A stretch of DNA of 64,000 nt from positions 168,029-232,028 of IMG/VR virus record IMGVR_UViG_3300030329_004647; one strand, 5' to 3'. The notes beneath the pieces are model-generated. The model worked only from the letters and a program-made list of their open reading frames with translations. It made no database searches and was not told the DNA's origin. Below are positions 18,806-29,800 of the stretch, one piece after another; position 1 is the stretch's first letter; the number at the start of each line of letters is the position of its first letter. Made by a program: the position numbers and the translations under genes.

Positions 18806-19417
18806 ATTTAAAGGGGCAACATTTTTATTTTTGGGATAAGGTTGTTTAATCCACTTAGTTTTAAGGGTTTTATCAAAAACTAACATGTATCTATGTTTTC
18901 TAGTCCTATCCCTCCATTCACCTCGTTTATTTTTTACGGGTCCTCGAGAATGTTTTATAAACGTACCATCACCCAACTCAAACCAAAAATCTTTCTTTTT
19001 ATCTGTTAATCCATAATACGAAAAATTGGTTGCCTGATAAATGTAACCATTATGTAGTTTGGAATCAGCATAAGATATTACAGCTTTAAGAACTGTTTCT
19101 TTTTTAAGAAGTTTAATAGATTTTGAGACGAACCAAGATAATAAATTTTTAAAATTGTGTTCGGGATGTACACACAGTCTTCCCAGTTCATATATTCCCT
19201 CCTGAGAACTCCTATCTAAACCAAAACAACCTTTAACTAATTCAGGCACAGAGGGAGCATGAAAGATACATACACTTATTAACTCATCTTGTTTAAAAAT
19301 TCCGTAATTAAAACCACATCTGAAACCTTTACTTTCTTTTGACAAGTAATGATATTCATTAAGTAGCTTAGCGCATTCGGATTTAGTAATAGCTCTAATG
19401 CTTAAATTTTGAAACAT
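18791..19417 (-). CDS. Mom-like (GNAT-fold) DNA modification protein
   Basis: LLNEYHYL...YELGRLCVHP...SWFVSKSIKLLK...VISYADS...GYIYQATNFSYYG...KHRY resembles the phage Mu Mom family. Confidence 0.75.
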   Translation of the reverse strand: MFQNLSIRAITKSECAKLLNEYHYLSKESKGFRCGFNYGIFKQDELISVCIFHAPSVPELVKGCFGLDRSSQEGIYELGRLCVHPEHNFKNLLSWFVSKSIKLLKKETVLKAVISYADSKLHNGYIYQATNFSYYGLTDKKKDFWFELGDGTFIKHSRGPVKNKRGEWRDRTRKHRYMLVFDKTLKTKWIKQPYPKNKNVAPLNKKTP

Positions 19418-19487
19418 ATAATAATTATATTTTATAATGTTGATATAAAATTATAATAAACTTAAATTAGTATTTAAACGCAAAAAT

Positions 19488-20249
19488 ATGGATTTACAAC
19501 AAAACACACCAGAAATGGAACCACAAGTAGCTTATGACATGGTAGAATTGCCTTCTAAGGGCGTATTTTATCCTGGCAATAAGAAAAGTGTAAAGGTTAG
19601 CTACCTCACAGCTGAAGATGAAAATATTTTAACAGCACCTAATCTTGTACAATCAGGAGAAATGATGGACATTTTATTAGGTAAGAAAATTTTAGATAAA
19701 GATATTGATATAGCAACTTTAGCTGAATGTGATAGACAAGCGGTCCTAATCTTTTTAAGAAACACCGCTTTTGGTTCGGAATACACTTTTAATCTTGTAG
19801 ACCCAGTAACTAATGAAAGTTTTGAACACATAGAAGACTTAAGTAATTTAACATTCAAAGAAGTTAAAATAAGTCCAAACAAAAAAGGAGAATACGAAAC
19901 CACACTCCCAAAAAGTGGACGAAAGGTAATGTTAAAAACCTTGTCACCAAAAGATGAACAAGAATTAAATGACCTTAGAAAAGCTTATGAAAATATTAAA
20001 ATACCACCATCAGTAACCAAAAGAATAGAAAAAATGGTAGTAGAAATAGATGGTATTAGAGACGTAGGTGAAATAGCAAGAACTGTTTCACAATTACCTA
20101 TTGCAGACTCTAAATATATTAGAAAATTTATCGCAGACGCTGAACCTGGATTAGATTTAAGAAGAGAAGTAGTTTCCCCAGCAGGAAACGCTGTATCGTT
20201 CCAGATTAACTTTGGCGTAGAGTTTTTTCGTCCTTTCTTCGGCGTATAG
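19488..20249 (+). CDS. Tail assembly chaperone / baseplate-hub assembly protein (gp26-like; 'G' product)
   Basis: YDMVELPSKGVFYP...VSYLTAEDENILT...LIFLRNTAFGSEY; lies between tube and tape measure genes. Confidence 0.75.
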   Translation: MDLQQNTPEMEPQVAYDMVELPSKGVFYPGNKKSVKVSYLTAEDENILTAPNLVQSGEMMDILLGKKILDKDIDIATLAECDRQAVLIFLRNTAFGSEYTFNLVDPVTNESFEHIEDLSNLTFKEVKISPNKKGEYETTLPKSGRKVMLKTLSPKDEQELNDLRKAYENIKIPPSVTKRIEKMVVEIDGIRDVGEIARTVSQLPIADSKYIRKFIADAEPGLDLRREVVSPAGNAVSFQINFGVEFFRPFFGV

Positions 20250-20256
20250 GGGCAGT

Positions 20257-20421
20257 ATGCTCGAGGAAATATACTACATAGCCCGACATCTTAATTTTAC
20301 CCGTTCAGATGTTTTAAGAATGCCTATTTTCGAAAGAAGATTCTATCTAAAAATGTTATCTGATGAATTTGAGAAAAAGAACAAAGCAATAGAACAAGCA
20401 AATCAAAAAGCGAGACGGTAA
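20257..20421 (+). CDS. Short downstream chaperone ORF ('T' part; absent from ORF track), possibly expressed by frameshift
   Basis: Hand translation MLEEIYYIARHLNFTRSDVLRMPIFERRFYLKMLSDEFEKKNKAIEQANQKARR* (54 aa). Frame is open back to 20221, overlapping the chaperone 3' end. Confidence 0.75.
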   Translation: MLEEIYYIARHLNFTRSDVLRMPIFERRFYLKMLSDEFEKKNKAIEQANQKARR

Positions 20422-20458
20422 AAATATCTTTGTAAATATTTATCAATAAAGATTTAAT

Positions 20459-22417
20459 ATGACTATAAATCAATATGACCAGCTCGTACAAGATGTTATC
20501 GCTAGTGGTAGAGCCTCCGACCAAGCGGGAGCGGAAAGATATATCCGTAGTACTTATGGTGTTTCACGACCTTCTGCTATAAGTTCATCACCACCTTCTA
20601 GTAGTAATGTTAGTGCTACAAATCCTCTCACCAAAACCTTACAAACTGTAGCTACTGAGTATAGAAAACAAAACATGGCTATGAACGATGTAATCGACCT
20701 TAGTCAAAAGTTAATATCTACAGACCCTTATGAAAAGTTAGACGCTTACAAAGAAATGGTTGAGTCTACCGACCAACTAAGAGTTGGGTTGTCTCAGACA
20801 TTCGGTATGACCGAACAGCTCATAATGGAAAATATGGCCCTTTATCAAGAAGGAGCTGAAGCGTTCGACCAGTTTGGTATCACCGCAAGAGACGTATTTA
20901 TGACGGTTTCTGATGCTACACAAGATATAGGTAGGAATTTAAGAATACCACCAGATGTAGCGGGTCAATTAACATTAATAGGTGATTTATATGGTACGGT
21001 AGCCCAACAATCCGTTCCAGTTTTTGTTGCTGGTTTTGAAAAAATAGGTAGAGGTTCTTATGAAGCAGCTGAAGCGATGGAAAACGCTATTGTTACTTCA
21101 CAAAAAATGGGACTGGTTACAGAAAAATTATTACCAGCAGTTGGTAAACAAATTGAAAAAGTTAATTTATACGGATTTAAAAATGGGGTACAAGGATTAA
21201 CCTCAATGGTGGCAGAAGCAGAGTTATTGGGTACAAACTTTGATAATGTAACACAATTAGCTGAAAAATTCTTTGACCCTGAAGCTGCAATAGATTTTGC
21301 TGCGGGAATGCAAATGATTGGTGGAACCAACATGACTGACCCCCTAAAATTAATGTACCAGTCTCTATATGACATAGATGGTTTAATGGATGACATGAAT
21401 GAGAACGCTAAAAGTTTCGCTACATTTAATGAAACTACTGGTGAATTCGAAATTGACCCAGCTAACATGATAAGAATGAGAGATTACGCTAAACTAACGA
21501 ATCAATCATTAGAAGAATTACAAACTACAGCTATAAGAGGTCAAAAAATGGACTTAGCAAAAAGTATGTTAAGTGGATTTGACGATGAAGAAGTTAAAGG
21601 ATTAATTGCTGGAATGTCAGATTTTGCTGAAATTGATGGTGAGAAAAAAATGGCGATTAGTTTACCTGGATATGGAGAAATACCACTAGAAAACTTAGCT
21701 AGTTTAATGGAAGAAGACGCGACAATCCTAGAAGCTTTAAGAGAACAAGCTCATACCGATTCCTTATCTAACGAACAAATATTCAAAGACCAATTAACAG
21801 CTAATAAGGCAACTGCAGTAGCTGCCGCTAATATAGAAAATATGATAACAGGTGGGGTGATAATGGAAGGTATGGAATCAGGTACTCTAGGTGCTGGACA
21901 AAACTTAGCTGAAAGTGTGTTAACTATGTCTAGAGACTTTTCTAATAAAATGTTACCAGGATTAGACACTTTAGTATCTGACTCTTTGTCTGGTATAGGA
22001 GATATTGTAGGCATGGTTCAAGCCATAGCTGATGATATAGGAGTACTAATTAAAACAGCTATAGATGCAAATACTATAGACCCCATAATAGTAAATGATG
22101 GTACTTTTGGACCAACTAGTGAGAAAAGAACTTTACAAATAGGACCCAAAGGTTCCAACCCAATTTATGAATTTTCACCAGACGACACAATTCAAGCTAG
22201 TACAGTAGTAAAAAGTTTTAGTGAACTAACACCACTTGGTGGTGAAGGAAATACCGGCGGTGGAGGCGGTTTAAGAGATATTAAAATGACCGTAAGTGGT
22301 AATGTAACTGTTAATGGTGGTGATAGCATATCAGGCAAAAAATTTGTACAACTGGTAAATGAAAACGCTAAAGATATTGTATATGCTATTGACGGAGCAA
22401 CTAGTTATGGTGGGTAG
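20459..22417 (+). CDS. Tape measure protein
   Basis: 652 aa, predicted helical and Ala/Met/Gln/Glu-rich; canonical position after the chaperone. Confidence 0.75.
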   Translation: MTINQYDQLVQDVIASGRASDQAGAERYIRSTYGVSRPSAISSSPPSSSNVSATNPLTKTLQTVATEYRKQNMAMNDVIDLSQKLISTDPYEKLDAYKEMVESTDQLRVGLSQTFGMTEQLIMENMALYQEGAEAFDQFGITARDVFMTVSDATQDIGRNLRIPPDVAGQLTLIGDLYGTVAQQSVPVFVAGFEKIGRGSYEAAEAMENAIVTSQKMGLVTEKLLPAVGKQIEKVNLYGFKNGVQGLTSMVAEAELLGTNFDNVTQLAEKFFDPEAAIDFAAGMQMIGGTNMTDPLKLMYQSLYDIDGLMDDMNENAKSFATFNETTGEFEIDPANMIRMRDYAKLTNQSLEELQTTAIRGQKMDLAKSMLSGFDDEEVKGLIAGMSDFAEIDGEKKMAISLPGYGEIPLENLASLMEEDATILEALREQAHTDSLSNEQIFKDQLTANKATAVAAANIENMITGGVIMEGMESGTLGAGQNLAESVLTMSRDFSNKMLPGLDTLVSDSLSGIGDIVGMVQAIADDIGVLIKTAIDANTIDPIIVNDGTFGPTSEKRTLQIGPKGSNPIYEFSPDDTIQASTVVKSFSELTPLGGEGNTGGGGGLRDIKMTVSGNVTVNGGDSISGKKFVQLVNENAKDIVYAIDGATSYGG

Positions 22418-22442
22418 TTAAAATTAATAAAATAAAAAATAT

Positions 22443-25430
22443 ATGTTTTTAAATACAGAAATAAAATATCCGTGGACACAAGGAGACTTTAACATTTCCT
22501 TAGAAGGCACCCAACTTATTAGAGAAGCTCTTCTTAATAGAAATTTAGATGGAGCGTATTTGAACAGGGGTAATCCTATTCCACCTAATGGTGATATAGC
22601 TCCAGGTACTATTGTTTATACGAATTTATCCGATAAGTCAGTGAGAGACCAACCACAACCAGAGGACGTGACTAATCAGGACGGTATACCGTTACAAGAG
22701 GCTATGTATTTAAATAACAAATACGGACCAACAGACGGTTACGGAGGACTGACAATAATAGATGTTAATAAATTAGTTAGAGACACTCAACTAACATATA
22801 TAAACGCAAATACACTACTTCCTGAAGGATTTTTCTCATCTAGTTATACCGCGATAGAAGTAATGAACACTGTTAACATATCCAATGGTATTATTACTAC
22901 ATTAAACAGTAAAATCCTAGATGACTCTATGTTAATTAAAACCTCTTTTAGTCACTTAAGGAAAAATTTAGGATTCAATCAAGGACAATTTGAAATAAAA
23001 GACAAACCTGATGGGTTATTTAGTTTAAACATTACTAGTCCACCTAGCGAAATAGTAGACGATGATGAAAATTATTTATCTCGTTTAGAGCCATCATACG
23101 ACCCAGAATCTGTTATACCAGGAAGTTATTTTTTACCCACCCAACCACCTAATGTTAACACTTACTTAGAAAACCCAATTAACTTCAATTACTTTAGTAT
23201 AGTTGGTGGAGCAGAGTTTAATCAAATAAGTAATATATTCACACAAGGAAGTTCAATCCCAACCTCACCTTTCGCTACCCCAGCTCCTTCTGAGAGTTTT
23301 ATAGCTTACATGGGAGAAGAGCAACAATCGACTTTATTTGGTGTTTTAAATTATAACTTTTATAGACCAGATTATACACAATCACAAACAGCATTTGGTA
23401 TTGAGGTTCCTGTAGGAAATTATTATTTAGGTAGTAGAAATTTAGAACCAGGATTAATTCAGTCACCACTTGACGCGGTTCCAGCTGATAAATTTGGTCG
23501 ACCAGTACAAGCTTTAGTTTATGGTCCATTCGCTATAGCCCAACAGTATGAAACAGTAGACGGTCAAGCTTTATGGCAAAGATATGAAATGATGGACCAA
23601 GGAAGAGCTTATGTTAATGGAGGAGGTGTTAACGCTGGATTTACTTGGGTAGGAGCCCTTTCGGTACCAGTTACAGATACGAGTTCACAAAATCCTGGTG
23701 TAGCTTCAAATCTCATAATTAATCGTTCTGACGTTTTACCAAAAAAGAAAGGTTCTATTTTAGATGCAACTCAAGCTTTAATAGATTCTACACCAGCTTT
23801 TGGTGGAGCTAAATTTAAACACGCGGGTAACGCAATCGACCAAACAGCTAAAATATTTAATGATGGTTATAAAAATATATCCAAAGGTTCAAGAGTAACC
23901 AACTACCACGATGGAGACGTACCTTGGAATTGTATGGAGTATTGTAGAGTATGGACCAAAGACCAACCATTTATTACGTTTTCTGACTTACAACAAAGAG
24001 GAGTTCATAGAGGATATGTTTGTAGTACAGATTCAGTATTTGAAACACCGTATAACCTGAATATATACCCAACAAGAGGTAAAAGTACTTCTATGCCTAC
24101 AGGTAAAAATGTTAAAAAATATATGTTCTCTATTGAAAATTTAGCTTGGAGAGGTACCAATGAATTTAATAATTTACCCGCAGCAGAAAAAGGACCTAAT
24201 GGTGGAAGAATAATGTGGTTCCCACCTTATGATATTAGTATTGGTGATACTAATTCTGCACAATGGAATTCTACAAACTTTTTAGGTAGACCAGAACCAA
24301 TATACACATACAATTACGCTGAAAGAATTGGTACCTTATCCTTTAAAATAGTAGTAGACCACCCATCAGTACTAAATGTTATAACACAAACTAGACTGAA
24401 AGGTTTAACGGACGCTCAAGCAGACGCAGCTTTAAACGCGTTTTTTGTTGGATGTAAAGAATTTGATTTATTTGAATTGGCAGAAACCTACCAAAATTTT
24501 ACAATGGATGAGTTAAATTATTTATATAATGAAGCTAATGCTACAGATGATAATGATGTGTCTAATAATATAAATTACCAAAATACAGGACAAGATTATC
24601 CTGCTGGTGGTAATTTTACACAAAATGAGATAGATAATTTAGAAGCTCAAAATCAAAATAATCAAAATATATCTAATAGTGTTGATGGGCAACCACCCGC
24701 GGGTTCTGCCGCGGAGGACGCACAAAACTTCCAAGAACAAGAACAACTAACCCAACAGTTTGTATTAAAAAAACTATTAGGTGAAGCAAACTATTTTGAA
24801 TTTTTAGAAGAAAACAACCCATTCATATATAATTCTATAAGAGACCAACTAAAGTATTTCCATCCAGCTTTTCACTCTACTACACCAGAAGGATTAAATA
24901 GTAGATTAACTTTTTTAATACAAACTTGTAGACCAGGAAAAACAATACCTACCATAACAAAAGAAGGTACACAGATTATAGACGCTGATAATACCGCGTT
25001 TGGTCCCCCACCAATATGTGTACTAAGGATAGGGGATTTTTATCACACTAAAATAGTTATAGATTCGGTGAGTATATCTTACGAACCATTATTATTTGAT
25101 TTAAATCCTGACGGGATAGGCGTACAACCGATGATAGCGGATATACAAATGAACTTTAAGTATATTGGTGGACAAGGATTAAAAGCACCTATTAGTAGAC
25201 TACAGAATGCTTTATCATTTGACTATTTTGCTAATACAGAAATGTATGATGAAAGGTCTGGAGTCGAAGTAACCACTCAAACACCTACTAGTGAAGAGGT
25301 TAATAACGAAGTCCTAAATCAAGAAGGTGGTAGTAACCCAGAAGTAAGTAATACGTCAAATAATGCTGGAGGTGACGGTTCTAATCCTGAAATAATTGAA
25401 ACAGGAACAAACCCTGAAGTAACAGGATAA
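22443..25430 (+). CDS. Baseplate tube-initiator protein with two tube-like domains (gp48/gp54-like)
   Basis: Two segments resembling tube-initiator folds: RIMWFPPYD...WNSTNFLGRPEPIYTY...LSFKIVVDHP and FGPPPICVLRIGDFY...IDSVSISYEP...QMNFKYIG. Confidence 0.55.
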   Translation: MFLNTEIKYPWTQGDFNISLEGTQLIREALLNRNLDGAYLNRGNPIPPNGDIAPGTIVYTNLSDKSVRDQPQPEDVTNQDGIPLQEAMYLNNKYGPTDGYGGLTIIDVNKLVRDTQLTYINANTLLPEGFFSSSYTAIEVMNTVNISNGIITTLNSKILDDSMLIKTSFSHLRKNLGFNQGQFEIKDKPDGLFSLNITSPPSEIVDDDENYLSRLEPSYDPESVIPGSYFLPTQPPNVNTYLENPINFNYFSIVGGAEFNQISNIFTQGSSIPTSPFATPAPSESFIAYMGEEQQSTLFGVLNYNFYRPDYTQSQTAFGIEVPVGNYYLGSRNLEPGLIQSPLDAVPADKFGRPVQALVYGPFAIAQQYETVDGQALWQRYEMMDQGRAYVNGGGVNAGFTWVGALSVPVTDTSSQNPGVASNLIINRSDVLPKKKGSILDATQALIDSTPAFGGAKFKHAGNAIDQTAKIFNDGYKNISKGSRVTNYHDGDVPWNCMEYCRVWTKDQPFITFSDLQQRGVHRGYVCSTDSVFETPYNLNIYPTRGKSTSMPTGKNVKKYMFSIENLAWRGTNEFNNLPAAEKGPNGGRIMWFPPYDISIGDTNSAQWNSTNFLGRPEPIYTYNYAERIGTLSFKIVVDHPSVLNVITQTRLKGLTDAQADAALNAFFVGCKEFDLFELAETYQNFTMDELNYLYNEANATDDNDVSNNINYQNTGQDYPAGGNFTQNEIDNLEAQNQNNQNISNSVDGQPPAGSAAEDAQNFQEQEQLTQQFVLKKLLGEANYFEFLEENNPFIYNSIRDQLKYFHPAFHSTTPEGLNSRLTFLIQTCRPGKTIPTITKEGTQIIDADNTAFGPPPICVLRIGDFYHTKIVIDSVSISYEPLLFDLNPDGIGVQPMIADIQMNFKYIGGQGLKAPISRLQNALSFDYFANTEMYDERSGVEVTTQTPTSEEVNNEVLNQEGGSNPEVSNTSNNAGGDGSNPEIIETGTNPEVTG

Positions 25431-25441
25431 AAAAATATATT

Positions 25442-26551
25442 ATGGCTACAACAACAGAAAGAACAGGTATAGTAAAATATAAGAATCAATACAATCAATT
25501 AGTATCCGATTCAAAATACTATATATCAGTTTGTGATTCATTTGCGTCTGACATATATAGAAGATTTGGATTTGGTCATTTAGAATTTATGTATATAGAA
25601 AAAAGATATCACTATGGTGATTTTTTAGACAGTAACTCACATTTTTTAGGATTACCGTTTAAATTTTTAAGTAGATTAGATACCCAGTATAATAGTTTAA
25701 TAACCAATATTAATAGTGGACTAACACACATACAAAGTTTTATACCCAAAGGAGCTTCTATAGAAGACGAGGAGTATGTTAAAACAACTTTGTTAACTCA
25801 TGCACAGGAACAATTTAAATCATTAAAAACAACATACGTAAATAAATTTTTACAAATAAAAGATGCTCAATTAAACTGTAGTACAAGAATAGACAGATTC
25901 AATTTAGTCACTGGTAGTAGTAATGATGGTATAGCGAGTGGAGCTTCAGGTTCTAGAATTATCTGTATGACTTTAAGTGGTGATGAGATTACAACATTAA
26001 CAAATGATATTAGAAATGTAGGTTATAAAATAGAAAAATATACTAGTACATTAGAAAGTCTATTAGATGACTCTTACTTAACATTAGGTACTAAATTAGA
26101 AGAATATATATTCTTTAATAACATAATTTGCAACCAACAAACAATAAATAGAGTAAACGGGGTGGACTATACAGTAAATGCTGGTAAATTATTTGAATAT
26201 AGAAAAGCAATATTGATAGAAGACTTAACAACAACTAAAACTAACTTTAGAGACGGTATACATTCTTACTTAGTTCCACAATTTAAAAGTAGAATAGAAG
26301 AATTTGCTTCTGAACTTATTACTTTTGATGTTAAAAGATACGAACAAATATTTGATGTGGATTATGGATTAAATAAAATAGCTAAAAAACAAATTGATAA
26401 TCTTTTAACGTCGGATAACGATTATAGTGTAAACTATACAGGTAAAACCACAGAAATAAAAGAAGTTATGAAATATTTTGAAAACTCCAGAGTAGGGACA
26501 CTGTCTTCAGATTTTAATTTTAAAACTTCAGATAAAATTTTATTAAGTTAA
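25442..26551 (+). CDS. Hypothetical protein in baseplate operon
   Basis: 369-aa ORF, no recognised motif. Confidence 0.65.
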   Translation: MATTTERTGIVKYKNQYNQLVSDSKYYISVCDSFASDIYRRFGFGHLEFMYIEKRYHYGDFLDSNSHFLGLPFKFLSRLDTQYNSLITNINSGLTHIQSFIPKGASIEDEEYVKTTLLTHAQEQFKSLKTTYVNKFLQIKDAQLNCSTRIDRFNLVTGSSNDGIASGASGSRIICMTLSGDEITTLTNDIRNVGYKIEKYTSTLESLLDDSYLTLGTKLEEYIFFNNIICNQQTINRVNGVDYTVNAGKLFEYRKAILIEDLTTTKTNFRDGIHSYLVPQFKSRIEEFASELITFDVKRYEQIFDVDYGLNKIAKKQIDNLLTSDNDYSVNYTGKTTEIKEVMKYFENSRVGTLSSDFNFKTSDKILLS

Positions 26552-26555
26552 TATT

Positions 26556-26870
26556 ATGTATTATAACAGATATAAAGATTTTACACAAAATGGTGAAATA
26601 AAAACAGTACCATACATTACATTAGCCGATAAACCATCGGACAAATATGTGGTCTATAAACTTGGTAAAACTAGAATGGATAAATTATCACAACAATATT
26701 ATGGGACACCTTACTTCGGGTGGTTAATATTACAAGGCAACCAAAAGTATGGTTCACAAGAATGGAATATTCCTGATGGTACATTAATAAGAGTTCCTTT
26801 TCCCCTAATACCCTCTTTAGAAGAATATAAGTCGGAGCTACAAAATTATTTTCTTTTTTATGGTAGATAA
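26556..26870 (+). CDS. LysM-like baseplate protein (T4 gp53/P2 gpX-like)
   Basis: KTRMDKLSQQYYGTPYFGWLILQGN...IPDGTLIRVP. Confidence 0.8.
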   Translation: MYYNRYKDFTQNGEIKTVPYITLADKPSDKYVVYKLGKTRMDKLSQQYYGTPYFGWLILQGNQKYGSQEWNIPDGTLIRVPFPLIPSLEEYKSELQNYFLFYGR

Positions 26871-26884
26871 AAATCGGGTGAATT

Positions 26885-29800
26885 ATGAGTATTAGTGGAA
26901 ATGAAGATATCCTTACGGAAAAAATTGGTGGTAATCTAACGGTAATCAATCCTAATAAAGTAATAACTAATAAAGGGGTTAAAGATAGGTTAGTTAATCA
27001 TGAAGATTTAGTTATATACGCCAATTTAGTAGCAAAAATAGTACCTAGAAGTAAAATTCTTTTAGGAGACGCGGATACAGAATCAGAAGTTGCTATAGAT
27101 TTATTTGGGGGAGAAGTTAATTTCCTTAAACCAAAAGGTAAAAAAAGTTTAGACAGTTCTTGGACCGAAGCATTCACCAATCCAGATTTTAATAAAATTA
27201 CTTATAGTGAAAATGAAGATTTTGCACAGACAGGAGCGTACACTAAAAGTTTAAAAGAAGCTGAAGATTTTCAAGGGTTTGGAATTACCTCTATAAATGT
27301 GGTAATAAACCAATCATTTGTCCCTGAAGTAACTATAAATTTTACAGATATTAGGGGTAAAACCTTATTTGAACAAGGAGACACAGGTGGCCCTTATACA
27401 GCCTTTTTTCACATGCCTTATCCAGTATTCCACCTAACTTTAAAAGGTTATTACGGAACAGCAGTAAAGTACCAACTTAAATTAATGAAATTTAACGCAG
27501 CTTTCGACTCTAGTTCAGGTGATTATAATATTACGTGTAAATTTATTGGTAATCACTCAGCTTTACTAAATGATTTAAATTTACATCAAGCGATGATAGC
27601 TCCGTATATGTATCCGAGTCCAACTCGAGGTGAAGGTGGTGTTAGTACGGGATTAGGTATGCAAATTATGAACGAAGTCTATCAAACTTATGAAGATAGA
27701 GGTTTAATAAAAAAAGACTTTCCTAGATATACAATTTTTGCTTTAATGAATAAAGTAAATCAGTTTGAAACAGAATTAGCTAGTAATTTTAAAAAGGAAG
27801 ACCTACAATTCATGGATGATAAAAAGACCTATCAAGACGAATTAACAAAGTTTTACAATTCTATATTTGGTACTGGTCAATGGTTTGATACTTTTTTAGA
27901 TAAGACTACCGCGACAGTAATACCAACAAACGTTACAGCAAGCGCGGGAACAGAAAATATAGTTGCTTATCAATTGTTAGATGCTACTGACTCTGGTGTA
28001 GCCGCAGCAAACGACGCTTGGGTTAAAAGAAAGGACACCTATGTAGAAAGATTAAATAGTAATTTAACATTTGGTGAAACAGGTCAAAGACCTATAACAG
28101 TAAGTGGTAGATTTGATGTATCACATCAGATAGCTAGTGGTACCTCAAGTACCCTGGAAGGACCATATTGGTATATAGTAGATAAAAAATCGGAATCATT
28201 TGGAATTCAATGGTTAAACGTACAAAAAGAATTTGAAAAAAACTTTAATGAACTACAAACTGAAGTTAGTAAAAATTTAAATAAAACTTTTGTAGAAACA
28301 TTAGGGTTTTATCCATCTATAAGAAATTTGCACGCTGTTATTCTAGCAGGTTCAGATACCTTTATAAGGTTATTAGATAGAGTACATACAGAAGCCTTTA
28401 AACAAAGAAACAATCAAAAAAGATTAAGGGTGTTAGTTCCGGAAGATGTTAAAAATGAAGAAAAAACAGTATTTCCTTGGCCTATATATTATGAAGAAAC
28501 TGAAGACAATGAAAGAATATTACAATATCCAGGAGCTAGTAAAAGTTTATCTATTACAGGAGCATATGACGCTAAATTATGGCCTGAAGTAGAATTTGTT
28601 GAGGAGTATACTAAAGCTAGTGCATTTCACACGGAATCTATAAACGCTCCATTTGAAAACCAATTTGTAACAATAGATTATATACCACTAAGTGTTAGAG
28701 AATTTCCTTTTGATAATGAAGTTTATGGACAGAGTGCCGTTGATAAAATGGTGATGGAAATTTATGACCGTTCATTTGATTTATTAAATTATGGTAGTTT
28801 AACATGGCAAAACAGAAGTTCTGATGTTATACCAGCGATACAAGAACTAGCTCAATATGATGCTGAGGTTTTAGAAAAAAGAATAAAATTAAATAGTAAT
28901 TTAGCAACATTTTTCGGTAATAGTACAGTTACAGATATTAACAGTATTTTTGAATATTTTAATAATGAAAAAGGACAAGACGTTATTCTTAGATGGCAGT
29001 TAGGGTTACCTAATACATCTTATATCAGTCAAAGAAATATAGAAGGTAAAAATATACCAGGAACAAATTATGGTGTTTATCCTGGATATATAAGTTTTAT
29101 ACAATTAGTCGAAACAAAACCATACACCCAAGTACTAAATTATATTCATGACCAAAAATCTGATAGTACATTTGATATGTACCCACTAAGATGGGACATG
29201 GGTTCCGCGTGGATACAAGAAACATTAGCTAACGGACAAACTGCGGACGAAGGAAGTTTTTACACAACTAAAGAAATACAATTAGACCCAGAAGCTAAAT
29301 TATTCTCGACACAAAATCTTAAATATTTTTTATGTAATCATCATGTTATAAATGAAGACCCAACTAACGAAAGTATTATTAATGATGAAATAATAAGTAC
29401 TAAAGATTTAAAGACTAAAGAGGAATGGGAAAGTCATTACCAAGGTACAGACGGTAAACAAATAAAACATATAACTGAAGGTTTAAATCACAGTGGTGAC
29501 TACACAAAAGTTTTATCACTATTTAACACACCTTACTTTGCAAATGCTTTAGCTAAGGGTTATATAGAAAAAGACCAACCAGGAGCTTTTTTAAATTTAG
29601 GGTACATGTTTTTACAAAGTTTACCTATAGCCACAACTAAAGAAAAAATGTTATGGTCACCAGGAAATTACGGTAGTTACATATCACAAATTTTAAATCA
29701 ATTAGCTGCTCATCACCAGATACCTCTAGCTTTTGCATTAAAAATAGGGAGTATATGGTGGAGATATAAAACCGCGGGTATTACAAATCCTGATACAGAT

